A stretch of DNA of 64,000 bases from Thraustochytrium aureum (lineage: Eukaryota). Shown here one piece after another: positions 32,464 through 43,600 of the stretch; the first letter of the stretch is position 1; the number at the start of each line of letters is the position of its first letter. The stretch is from assembly GCA_012862495.1 (NCBI GenBank), contig BLSG01000129.1, positions 1 through 64,000 on the forward strand, read 5' to 3'. Position numbers and translations under genes: made by a program. A model generated the notes under the pieces. That model ran no database searches. It worked only from the letters and a program-made list of their open reading frames with translations, and was not told the DNA's origin.

Positions 32464-35400
32464 ATGCACCTCTACAACACGAGTTTGATTCGCGGCGGGG
32501 CGGCTGTGTCGGCTGTGTACGGCAACTTTACGGGGACGCCCAAGGCGCACGANNNNNNNNNNNNNNNNNNNNNNNNNNNNNNNNNNNNNNNNNNNNNNNN
32601 NNNNNNNNNNNNNNNNNNNNNNNNNNNNNNNNNNNNNNNNNNNNNNNNNNNNNNNNNNNNNNNNNNNNNNNNNNNNNNNNNNNNNNNNNNNNNNNNNNNN
32701 NNNNNNNNNNNNNNNNNNNNNNNNNNNNNNNNNNNNNNNNNNNNNNNNNNNNNNNNNNNNNNNNNNNNNNNNNNNNNNNNNNNNNNNNNNNNNNNNNNNN
32801 NNNNNNNNNNNNNNNNNNNNNNNNNNNNNNNNNNNNNNNNNNNNNNNNNNNNNNNNNNNNNNNNNNNNNNNNNNNNNNNNNNNNNNNNNNNNNNNNNNNN
32901 NNNNNNNNNNNNNNNNNNNNNNNNNNNNNNNNNNNNNNNNNNNNNNNNNNNNNNNNNNNNNNNNNNNNNNNNNNNNNNNNNNNNNNNNNNNNNNNNNNNN
33001 NNNNNNNNNNNNNNNNNNNNNNNNNNNNNNNNNNNNNNNNNNNNNNNNNNNNNNNNNNNNNNNNNNNNNNNNNNNNNNNNNNNNNNNNNNNNNNNNNNNN
33101 NNNNNNNNNNNNNNNNNNNNNNNNNNNNNNNNNNNNNNNNNNNNNNNNNNNNNNNNNNNNNNNNNNNNNNNNNNNNNNNNNNNNNNNNNNNNNNNNNNNN
33201 NNNNNNNNNNNNNNNNNNNNNNNNNNNNNNNNNNNNNNNNNNNNNNNNNNNNNNNNNNNNNNNNNNNNNNNNNNNNNNNNNNNNNNNNNNNNNNNNNNNN
33301 NNNNNNNNNNNNNNNNNNNNNNNNNNNNNNNNNNNNNNNNNNNNNNNNNNNNNNNNNNNNNNNNNNNNCTCGGCGGAACCCCGCGCGCAGTGTGGACTGT
33401 GGGCGCTGCGGCTCAGCCCGCTGGCGCGCGTGGCGACAGGGCCCAGGACGAGTTCATTGTCGTCTCCTTTGCAAACGTGACGATGGTGCTCGCCGTGGGC
33501 GAGGCCTCTGTCGAGCAGGCGACGGACTCTGGCCTCAAGACAGAAGTGCCCACGCTGGCAGTTCAGCGGCTCGCGGACGGGTCAATCGTGCAGATTCATC
33601 CGCACGGGCTTCATCGGACGGGCGGGGCAGCTGGGTGGACCGTCCCTTCAGGGGCCAAGGTAGACTGCGCTGCTGTGAACGAGCGCCAGGTGGCGCTTGG
33701 GCTAGAGGGCGGCCAAGTGGTCTACTTTGAGCTCGACGCCAGCAGCGTGCTGCAACAGCAGTCGCACCAGTTCGGCGAGGACGTCAAGTGCATGGCGTTA
33801 GGCGCTGTCGCCGCGGGCAGCATTCGAAGCCCCTTCCTCGTTGTCGGCACATTCACCAACTCGTTGCAGGTCCTGTCGCTGGACCCGGCCGACATGTTCG
33901 CCAAGCGCACCATGCAGGCGCTCCCGGACCAGGCGAACTCGCTTGCGCTGGTTGAGCTGGACCAGGGCGGCGGCCACCCGGTGCTGACGCTCTGCGCTGG
34001 CCTCCGCAACGGGGTGCTCGTGCGTTCGCGCGTGGACGAGGTGAAAGGCACCATCCGCGACACGCGCAGCATTTTCCTGGGCTCTGCGCCGGTGAAGTGC
34101 GTGGCCATTCAGGTAGCGGCAGACGAGAGCCCTGCGCAGCAGGCGGCAGCGCTGGCCCGCGCCCAAGGCGAGGAGCAGCAGGGCAAGCCACCAGCAGAGC
34201 GGGTTGCCCCGCTCCAGAACGCCTTGCTCGCCTTGTCCACGCGGCCGTGGGCCGCCTACAGCTTCCAGGGCAAGGCGCGAATGGTCCCGCTGTCGTGCCA
34301 GACGCTCACGCACGCGGCCAACTTTGTCAGCTCGATTTGTGACGGCGTCGTCTCGGTGGCGGGCAGCTCGCTGCACATCTTCGAGCTCGAGGACCTCGGG
34401 CAAACCTTCAACGCGAAGACGATCAAGCTGGAGATGACACCGCGCCAGATGCTCGTGCACGAGCGATCCAAAACGGTGGTGCTCCTGGAAGGCGACCACA
34501 ACGCTCCCGCTGCGGACGAGCTAGTCGGCATGTGGGCAAAGATGAAGGCTGCCCACGACGACGAGTACCCGGACGCGCCCCCGGCCCCTGAGGACCCGAG
34601 CGGACGCTCGCGCGAGCCGGCCGACGGCGCCGAGCAGGACGAAGAGGACGATGACGACCAGCCGGCCCTCTGCGTCGAGGAGGTGGGCCTGCCCAAGTGC
34701 ACCAAGAGCGGCGACGGCCGTTGGGCGTCGCACATCCGCCTTCTCGATCCTCGCTCGGGCAACACGCTTGCCAAGACGGCGCTTGGGGCGGACGAGCTTG
34801 CTGTGTCGGCCTGCCTTGCCGATCTTGGGGCCGCTGGCGAGGAGTTTCTGGTGGTCGGGACAGTCACGGGCCTGCGCCTGCATCCGCTCGAGCACCGCGC
34901 GGCGGCGGTCAAGGTCTTCCGCATTGCGCATGGCAAGGTGAATCTGCTGCACTCGACGCCAGTCGAGGGCGGTATCCCGCGGGCGTGCTGTCCGCTCCAG
35001 GGCATGGTTGCCGTGGGAATCGGAAATGCGGTGCGCGTGATGAGCTTGGGGCAGTCAAAGCTGCTCTTAAGGCAGAGCTCAAGGCCTTGCCGACGAGCGT
35101 CTGTTTCTTGCGGGCCAGTGGGAACCGAGTCTATGCAGGCGACGTGCACGAGTCTGTTCACCTCCTGAAGTTTTCCCCGAGCGACCTCACGCTGTCGAGC
35201 TTTGCGGACGACACCGTGCCGCGGCTCTGCGTCGCAGGCGAGGTGCTTGACTTTGACACGGTGGCTGGCTCGGACAAGTTTGGCAACCTCTTCGTGCTGC
35301 GGCTTCCTTCGGACGTTGGCGATGCGGATGTTGACAACGTTGGCGGGGACCGGGTGCTCTGGGACCAGGCCAAGCAGTCTGGGGCGCCGAACAAGCTCGA

Positions 35401-35782
35401 TCTCCTCGCGCAGTTCTACCTCGGCGAACTGGCGACAGGGCTGCACAAGGCCACGTTGGTCCCGGGAAAGGCCGAGGCGCTCGTGTACTGCACTGTGATG
35501 GGCACGGTGGGGGCGCTCGTTCCGTTTGGGTCCAAGGCGGACCTCGAGTTCTTTTCGCTGCTCGAAATGCACCTGCGGACCAGCGTGCCCGAGCTCGTGG
35601 GCCGTGAGCACCTTCCTTTCCGGAGCTACTTTAGCCCTGTTAAAGGGGTTGTGGATGGCGACCTCTGCCAGCTCTTCGAGTCTCTTGCGCCTGATGTCCA
35701 GCTGCGCATTGCAGGCGAGCTGGATCGCTCGCCGGCGGAGGTGGCGAAGAAGATTGCAGACTTCAGGGGCTGCCTGTTGTGA
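32464..35782 (+). CDS. SF3B3: Splicing factor 3B subunit 3 (SAP130/Rse1)
   Basis: N-terminus MHLYNTSL..AVYGNFTG; PRAVWTV, FIVVSF, VVYFELD, RWASHIRLLDP, FADDTVPR, GSDKFGNLFVLRL, GREHLPFRSYFSPVKGVVDGDLC. Gap at 32553-33368 and a 1-nt frameshift near 35066. Confidence 0.95.
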
Positions 35783-36009
35783 ATGCCGAGCGTTCTCTGT
35801 GGCGCAACGCGCCTAAACCTTACCCTACCTCATGGGCGGTTGAGTAGAGAGTAAGTACTTAGTCAGGTACTCGCGCTCTGCTCCACCCACCAACGCGTGA
35901 GGCTGCTCGAGTACTCGATACCAACCACCAACTTCTTGTCTTCAATTGAAAAACCTCCACGTGCCAGAGCTTTGCCCGGCCCTGCTGGCCCTGTGCTGGC
36001 CCGTGCACC

Positions 36010-36047
36010 TTACGGTACGAGCACGTGTTTACGGTACGAGCACGTGT
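36010..36047. repeat. Perfect 19-bp tandem duplication TTACGGTACGAGCACGTGT x2
   Basis: Units at 36010-36028 and 36029-36047; each contains CACGTG. Confidence 0.9.
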
Positions 36048-36686
36048 TCTCGTGTTCTAGCTCCGCTTCGCCGTGGTGGGCGGTGTGGGCTGAGCAGCCC
36101 AGTGCCAGTGGAAGCCAAAACGAGCCAGTGCGCGCCTGCCGCGCGGCGCACACGGGCACAAAGCCTCGCGGCTCATCAGCTCCGAGGCGGTCTTGCATGC
36201 ATGCAGAATCCTCGAGCTGTTGGACTGGGAGGCGATCCGCAACGAGGCGAAGGGGATGCCGCATTCGCCTCGTAATGATTCCGCTCTGCCTTGTGCCTCA
36301 GAACGAGTACCCCAGCGCAAGCGGAGTCTTGCGTTGTCGTGCAGAGCAGTGCAGAGAAGACAAGCCAGTCGCCGTGGGGGTTACACAAGCTCCTTTCGAG
36401 CGTAAAACGGCACTTCTATTAGTGCTCTGTACGGGCAGGCTGCGTGCGGCGAAGGCGCGGCACTCGCGCCGCCGCGCAATGTGCTCCCCAAGCGCGTTGC
36501 TCACGAGCGAGCGCGCGACGGCGTGCACACTTCTGGCTTGTTCACTTCAATGCTCGGGTCAGTTGCAGACGCCCCACGTCGGCGAACTCCGTGCAGCCGC
36601 CTGCGGCAGACACGATTCGACGCATTGACGCAGAGCACCTTCGCAAGCCAGAGCAGGAGCGCGCGGAGGGAGCAGGGAGCAGGAGA

Positions 36687-37424
36687 ATGTCGAGCGCCGA
36701 CGCGAAACGCGCGAGCGCCAAGCGCGAAAGCTCCAAGCGCGAAAGCTCCAAGCGCGAAAGCACCAAGCGGCAGAGCACCAAGCGGCAACCGAAGGCCAAG
36801 CTCGAAAGCGGCGCGCTGTCGCAGCCGGAGGGGTTCAACTGGCTGCGGCTCAACAAGCTGACGTTCACGGACGAGGCTGGCAAAACACGCGCGTGGGAGG
36901 CCGCCGAGCGCACCACGCGCAAAGGCGCAGTGGACGCCGTCGCTATCCTGGCCATGCTGCACGGGGGCAAGATGGCCAGTCCCGCAGTCATCTTGATCAG
37001 CCAGTTCCGCCCACCCTGCAATGGATACGTGCTTGAGCTGCCGGCTGGGCTCGTGGACGCCGGCGAGACCCCAGAGGAGGCCGCGCTGCGCGAGCTCAAG
37101 GAGGAGTGCGGCTATGTGGGCACGTGCGAGTCCGCTTCCCCGATCGTTTGGTGTGACCCGGGCATGACCAACGCCAACATGCACTTTGTCCGCGTCTCGA
37201 TCGACATGGCCGACCCGCGCAACCAGAAGCCAAAGGCGGAGCTCGAAGACGGCGAGTTCATCAAGACGCACCTTGTCCCGGTCAGCGAGCTCGCCAGCGC
37301 GCTCGCTGATACCAAAAAGGCGTTTGGGGAGCCTTTCCAGGTGGACGCGCGTCTCTACGCCGTTGTCATGGGGCTCTCCCTGGGCGAAGCCGCCGCGCCC
37401 CGCACCACCTGTGCGTTGATGTAA
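36687..37424 (+). CDS. NUDT5: ADP-ribose/ADP-sugar pyrophosphatase (NUDT5/Ysa1 family)
   Basis: RAWEAAERTTR, DAVAIL, QFRPP, ELPAGLVDAGETPEEAALRELKEECGY (Nudix box), DPGMTN, LEDGEFI, VDARLY. Confidence 0.93.
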   Translation: MSSADAKRASAKRESSKRESSKRESTKRQSTKRQPKAKLESGALSQPEGFNWLRLNKLTFTDEAGKTRAWEAAERTTRKGAVDAVAILAMLHGGKMASPAVILISQFRPPCNGYVLELPAGLVDAGETPEEAALRELKEECGYVGTCESASPIVWCDPGMTNANMHFVRVSIDMADPRNQKPKAELEDGEFIKTHLVPVSELASALADTKKAFGEPFQVDARLYAVVMGLSLGEAAAPRTTCALM

Positions 37425-37660
37425 CGCAGCCTTGCTGCTGAAAGCGGATGGAAACTTGGCTTGGCACGCCCGCGGGGGGATTAAGCTAAGCTGAGGTACA
37501 AACGGGCCTGCTCTGCTGGCCTTTGTGAGCGTCACCATGTCTATGAGCTCACTACAACACAAGAAAAGTCCGCCTTTTCTCTATTTTTCTTTTTTTTACA
37601 ATACATCCAGCAAATCAAGTGCCGCGAGGGCAGCGCTCTCCCGGCGCGCGCTGCGGCCTC

Positions 37661-38223
37661 TCACGACAGCGCCAACCGGGCCCACGCTGGCCCACGGCGC
37701 CGTAACGAAGCGCCGCTTGCCTCAAGGGCTGGCACCGCCAGCTCGGCCAGCCGCGTTGCTCGCTCCGCCGATCGTGCTCGCACCGCCTGGCGCGCAGCTT
37801 CATCGGCGTTAAACTGCGCCGAAAGCTCGCGCGCGCGCCCTTGTACCGCGTTCCCAGAAGCTGGGCGTACGTTTGTTCGTGGAGTTGTGCTTTTCGCGGT
37901 CCCCCAGAGCCCGCGAACGTGCTCGGTTTGGCCCTGGAACCGGTCTATGACGCGCTCAAGCTCGGCTCGGATAGCCTCGGCCCGACAGCGCGGCGAGTTT
38001 GAGTTGGGCGCGCTGCATCGGGCGACTGCTCTCGCTCGCCTGCACTGGCGCGCGTCTGTTCCAGGAGTTCTTCCCAAAACTCGCGTTCTTGGCGGCAGGC
38101 TCTGATCCGCGCGTTGATCTTGGCGGCCGTGTCTTCCGCGCTGCTCTTCACCCTTGCCATGTCGGCCTGGTCGAGCGGCGCGACTTGCGTGCCGAACTCG
38201 CCAAGTCGAGCGGCTAGCCGAAC
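37661..38223 (-). CDS. Hypothetical coiled-coil protein, 3' part (5' in gap; frame change or intron near 37985-38040)
   Basis: Two consecutive coding-like frames: ...KINARIRACRQEREFWEELLEQ and AIRAELERVIDRFQ...LAELAVPALE. Confidence 0.4.
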
Positions 38224-39115
38224 NNNNNNNNNNNNNNNNNNNNNNNNNNNNNNNNNNNNNNNNNNNNNNNNNNNNNNNNNNNNNNNNNNNNNNNNNNNNN
38301 NNNNNNNNNNNNNNNNNNNNNNNNNNNNNNNNNNNNNNNNNNNNNNNNNNNNNNNNNNNNNNNNNNNNNNNNNNNNNNNNNNNNNNNNNNNNNNNNNNNN
38401 NNNNNNNNNNNNNNNNNNNNNNNNNNNNNNNNNNNNNNNNNNNNNNNNNNNNNNNNNNNNNNNNNNNNNNNNNNNNNNNNNNNNNNNNNNNNNNNNNNNN
38501 NNNNNNNNNNNNNNNNNNNNNNNNNNNNNNNNNNNNNNNNNNNNNNNNNNNNNNNNNNNNNNNNNNNNNNNNNNNNNNNNNNNNNNNNNNNNNNNNNNNN
38601 NNNNNNNNNNNNGACCGCTGGCTGTAAGAACGTACTCCGTCACGACACTGCCATGAAGGAATCGATCTTGTCAAGATTGCCCTTCGCTGGACTTGGCTGA
38701 GCGCAGGCCCATAGCCTGTTCTGCACACACTGCTCCAACAGTCTACAGCAGGCAGCAGGTCGCTTGGATGTCCGTCAATCATGCCGAACGGGCGCCCGCC
38801 TGCCCAAGGAGCTTGGCCTGCCTGAGAGCATGACAGCACGACCAAGGCATGGCGTTTGAAGAGTTCCTGTCCAGCGACATGCTTGCAGCATGGACGCCGA
38901 CTCGGAGGCACGTGTGCGGTGATCTCGGCGTGGCAGTGCGGCTCCATAAGTGCGCTCTTTTCTCGACCCCAAAGCCCCAACGAAAGTGCGCACCTCCCAC
39001 TCGCTCGGAAGCATCGCGCAGGGCGCGCGCGGCACCCAGGAGAGGAGAGGCGCCAGGAGCAGCGCTTGCGCCAACAGCAGCACGGCGACGCGGGGGGAGA
39101 GGGCTGGTAGCTTCG

Positions 39116-40225
39116 ATGAGGGCGCTCGTCTTGGGGGCTGCGCTGGCCGCAGTCCTGCCGCTCGCACACGCGCAGCTCAACGTGAATGGGACCTGCACTT
39201 GCTCCCGCGAGACGCCGCGAGAGGACTTGGACGCTTTCCTGCTGCCCGGCTCGGCCTGCGTCATCGTACAGTGCAGCGGCAAGAACGTGGGCGGCATCCT
39301 GAGGATCAAAGCCCACCCGACGATCTCCGCCGTTGACGTGTCGTCCAACAAGCTGACTGGAATCAACGTGACCGACAACTTTGTGTTGCGCAGCATTGAC
39401 GCCGAATCCAACGGCCTGACGAGCGTCTTCATCGGCAACGCGTCCGGACTCGGCGAGCTCAACATGCGAGCAAACGCACTGACCGACTTCGACACGGCCG
39501 GCGCGCCCAACCTGCTCAGACTGAGCGTGGCCGCCAACAAGCTCACCGCGCTGCCCGACCTGGCCTCCTCCAACCCCGCGCTGAAGGAGCTCTTCATCGC
39601 CGGCAACATGATAGCCGAGCTTGAACTTTCATCGCTCGCCAGCCTCGAGAAGCTGCACGCGCACTACAACAGGTTGAAAGTCGTCAACTTGGCCGACCTG
39701 GCTGAACTGCAGGATCTCATCATGTCGTTCAACACACAGCTAACTTCCGTGGCGCTGCCCGTCAACTTGAAGAGCATCAACTTGGAAAAATGCAAGCTCA
39801 GCGCTCTCGACCTGACCAAGTTGGCGGACCTGCGCTCTGTTATCGTTTCCACGAATTTTTTCGAGACGCTCGACCTCTCCGGCAACCCGTTGCTTGAGAG
39901 CCTGGTGGCGCGCTTTAATCGCATCAAGACGCTCGACCTCTCAGCGCAGGGGCCGACGCTCACGACTTTGCATTTGCAGGGAAACGATCTGACCGCGCTC
40001 GACATTTCCGAGCTGACCGGGCTCACGGACTTGGAGCTGGACAACAACTGTTTTGTGGACAAAGTCTGTAAATCTGATGGCGTCTGCGTCCTGCCGGGGT
40101 CGAAAAGCAGCTGCTTCGACGAAACCGGCGACTCGAGTGGGGCCCACCGCGTCAGCTCGTTTTATGCTGGGGCCGTTGCAGCGCTCTTGTACCTGTACCT
40201 CGTCGCTACGTTGTCGTTTTTCTAA
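39116..40225 (+). CDS. Secreted or surface leucine-rich repeat protein with signal peptide and C-terminal hydrophobic tail (GPI signal or TM anchor)
   Basis: Signal peptide MRALVLGAALAAVLPLAHA; more than 10 LxxLxLxxN repeats of about 21 aa; Cys-rich caps; C-terminus GAVAALLYLYLVATLSFF. Confidence 0.88.
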   Translation: MRALVLGAALAAVLPLAHAQLNVNGTCTCSRETPREDLDAFLLPGSACVIVQCSGKNVGGILRIKAHPTISAVDVSSNKLTGINVTDNFVLRSIDAESNGLTSVFIGNASGLGELNMRANALTDFDTAGAPNLLRLSVAANKLTALPDLASSNPALKELFIAGNMIAELELSSLASLEKLHAHYNRLKVVNLADLAELQDLIMSFNTQLTSVALPVNLKSINLEKCKLSALDLTKLADLRSVIVSTNFFETLDLSGNPLLESLVARFNRIKTLDLSAQGPTLTTLHLQGNDLTALDISELTGLTDLELDNNCFVDKVCKSDGVCVLPGSKSSCFDETGDSSGAHRVSSFYAGAVAALLYLYLVATLSFF

Positions 40226-40620
40226 AAACTAATCCGAGTCAGCATACACGTTTCGTTTCTCCTCTTTCAATTGTACGCGAATACAGCCAGTGTTGAGCTA
40301 GCTACCTTGTGGCCCAGCAGGAACCTCTCTGACTTTGATTGATCGACGGGCAGTCGAGTGCGCACAGAGTCATTCGCGCACAGAGCCATGCTTGCATTTA
40401 CATCAACTACTTCTTGCTCAGGTCTGCGTCCAGAGGTCTGCGTCCAGATCAGAGGTCTTCTAAGCTCGGCGCTAAATCACGAAGTGCCACTGAACCGAGG
40501 TGCTTGGCCGCTTCCGAAAGGGGCAGGTCAATGCCCCGGCGCGAAACAAGTCCCGGAACGTCCCAAGACGCGTTCCCAGTAACGTTGTCAACATAAAAGA
40601 CAAGTTCCAGATCAGGGTGC

Positions 40621-43600
40621 TCAAACTTTTGCGAAGCGCGACGCAATGGCCTCTTCCACCAAGCGCGGGACCCGGAAAGCCATCAACATGAAACCCTGCA
40701 GAACCGCGCCAGCATGCTGAACGAGCGCGCCCTGCCGAACTGCGGCTTTGCGCTCATCGCAGAGCCGCGCTGCCAGGACTTTTCGCCGCCAGCATTGAAT
40801 CACAAGAGCAGCGCAGGATTCTCGCTTGGCTCGGGCCACCTGCGGCCGCAACAGGGCCAATACGCGCTCTCGCGCAGTAGGTTTCCCCCCCAAGACACCG
40901 CGCTGCCTTGGCTTTTGTTGGAGTAGCGCCCGCCTCGCAGCCAGCATATCAACCACGGAGAAACGATTTCGCCGCGCAGCCCGGGCGGCGACCCTTTCAC
41001 GCTGCGCAGCTTCGCGCTCCCTTTCGCTGCGCTCGAGGATCTTGCTGAAGAACTCGCCGTCCTGCAAAAAGAGCAGTGCGGTCTGACGATTCACTGCATT
41101 GCGGCTTGCGCTGCGTCTGTCTGTGCCGTCGCTATCTGACGACCCGCTGCTGCCTGGCTCCCCACGCGCGCACTTGCTGCAGTCGCACGAACTCCCGCCC
41201 GAGGAATCACTGCTCGTGCTTGAAGCCGCCGAGGGCATGTCGTCCCACCCCGTTTCCCTCGGGGTGACGCAAGCCCGAGCCCGTGCAGCAAGGGCCAATT
41301 CGGTTCGCGCACGGCGCACTGCCCACTCGGGCAAGCTTTCGCCAACATATCGCGACCACCAGAAGCCGGATACGGAGAGCTGGGCGCGCTTGAGCTCGGC
41401 CTCGAGATTCGCGACCGCATCTTCTGCGGCCTTCCTCTCACCAAGGTTTAATACTGTTTGGTCCTCGACCTCTGCCCTTGCGCTCCGCCGGTCGGCCTCA
41501 AAGTCAAAGTGGATGGCGAGCGCGAGTTCGCTCAACATCGCCTCAGCCTCGAGGAGGCGCGCCGCCTGCTGCATTGCCAACGCTGCAAAACCCTCGCAAC
41601 CCTGGAGACTTGCTTCCGCAGCCCCGCTGCACTCCGCAAGCCGAATCTCGGCGTCCAGAATAAACGCTTTGCCTTGCGCCACCTCGGCAGCCAGCTCAAC
41701 AAAGCCGGGCACGGTACTGGCGCCGGCACTCTTCGGAAACCTTGCACAGAGTGCGCCGAGGCGCTGGACTGATAAATCGTGCACTGCGGGAATGCTGTCA
41801 ACGAGATACTGTGCGAGGGCCCCAGCCGTCGCAACTGCGTTTTCGCTCTCGAGGCAAACCCAGTCGAGAACGCTGCAAACCCACTTCGCAGAGGCAACGC
41901 GCTCAAGCGCGCACTCCTCAGCTTCCTGCGCCGCTGCTTCAAGCCGTGCTTTCGTTGCGATCGCTAGAGCAAGTATTCTTCGCCCTCCCGCGCACGAGAG
42001 GTCCACGCGCTGCGCGTCAATTTCAGCGACGTGCGCGCGGGCTTGCTCGAGTTGGACCTCAACGGTGTCCACTCGCGCCCAGGCGGCGGTTCCGTAAAAG
42101 GCCAGCCGACGCTCGCGCATTGCTTGAACCGTTTTGACCTTTGCCCCCCACTGACGGCTCGCGTCCTCTTGCCGTTCGCAGAGTCCGGCCAGGGTGGCCT
42201 CGATCTGGGCAATGTCCTTGACAGAGCGCTTCCCACGTGCGCGAAGACGAAGCATGGTGTTCTCATGCAGGGCATGCGCTCGCTCCAGACATTCCCAGGC
42301 TCTGTTGTAGCGCTTTGTAATGCCGGCATGCTTTTCGCTCGACTTTGTCGCAAACAAATGCAAGTTGGCGACACTCTGCGGACTCCCCAGCGCAAATGGG
42401 GTAGCGAGGGCGGCCGTTGCGGGGACGCCTGCCTCCATCCGACCGTGCCGCCACGTAAGACGCGCAACGAGAGAATGGCTCAAGCTGGCAACCAACTCCC
42501 GCTCGACTAAGGCGGGCATGGCGCCCGACCTTGCCCGTTGCCCAAGAGTCAAGTGTGGACAAGACGGCCCCCACTTGGGCAAAGGCGCGTCGCGTCATGC
42601 TAGTCGAGTCAGTCCCTCGGGAAGCTGCCTCAACCTCGCGCATCAGCCATGGCATGCGGTCCGCCTCGGCTCGCAAAAGCCCGAGGCGGCCTTTGTCAGG
42701 TGCGAAACCACGCGCCAGCTCTAGTACCCGGGCCAAAAAGTTCAGCAGGGCGCTTGCTTCCGATGGATGCATACCTCTTCGCGTTACGTGGCTTATCTCG
42801 AACGCGTGCTGGGCGCGCCAGTCGAGATGCACCGGGGTCTGAGCGTGAAGACGCTTGGCGGATTCTCGAACGATAGACCCCCAGAGCACTGGCGCCAATC
42901 GAACAGCAAGGTCCTTGCGCAGCAGCATCCTAGCGTGCCGCTCCAGCGAGTCTCTTCCGCTCTGGCTGGCAGACATGCGACCGATGCACGAGGCAAGCGT
43001 GTGCGGTAATACTTGCTTGTGCGTTGGAACCTGAAGCTCTCGAACGTCCTCTTCCAACAGCGAGCACAGCTGTGCAATCCCAAGAACAAAGCGCGACGCT
43101 GGCCGCAGCTGTCGAGGCGTGCCCCAAGTAACACAAACATGCCAGGCACCGCATTCGGAGCACTCGCGACCAGCTGGCGCTGAGCGAATGTGGACAAAGC
43201 AAGGCTGGCCGCAATCGTCGAGTATTGCAGTACGCCAAGTGAATATACCAGGCTGCGTCGCGGCCCGGAATGCGGCCACAACCTCCCCGACCCTGTTTGA
43301 CCTGGAGCGCCGCCCTAGCGCACCCCTAANNNNNNNNNNNNNNNNNNNNNNNNNNNNNNNNNNNNNNNNNNNNNNNNNNNNNNNNNNNNNNNNNNNNNNN
43401 NNNNNNNNNNNNNNNNNNNNNNNNNNNNNNNNNNNNNNNNNNNNNNNNNNNNNNNNNNNNNNNNNNNNNNNNNNNNNNNNNNNNNNNNNNNNNNNNNNNN
43501 NNNNNNNNNNNNNNNNNNNNNNNNNNNNNNNNNNNNNNNNNNNNNNNNNNNNNNNNNNNNNNNNNNNNNNNNNNNNNNNNNNNNNNNNNNNNNNNNNNNN

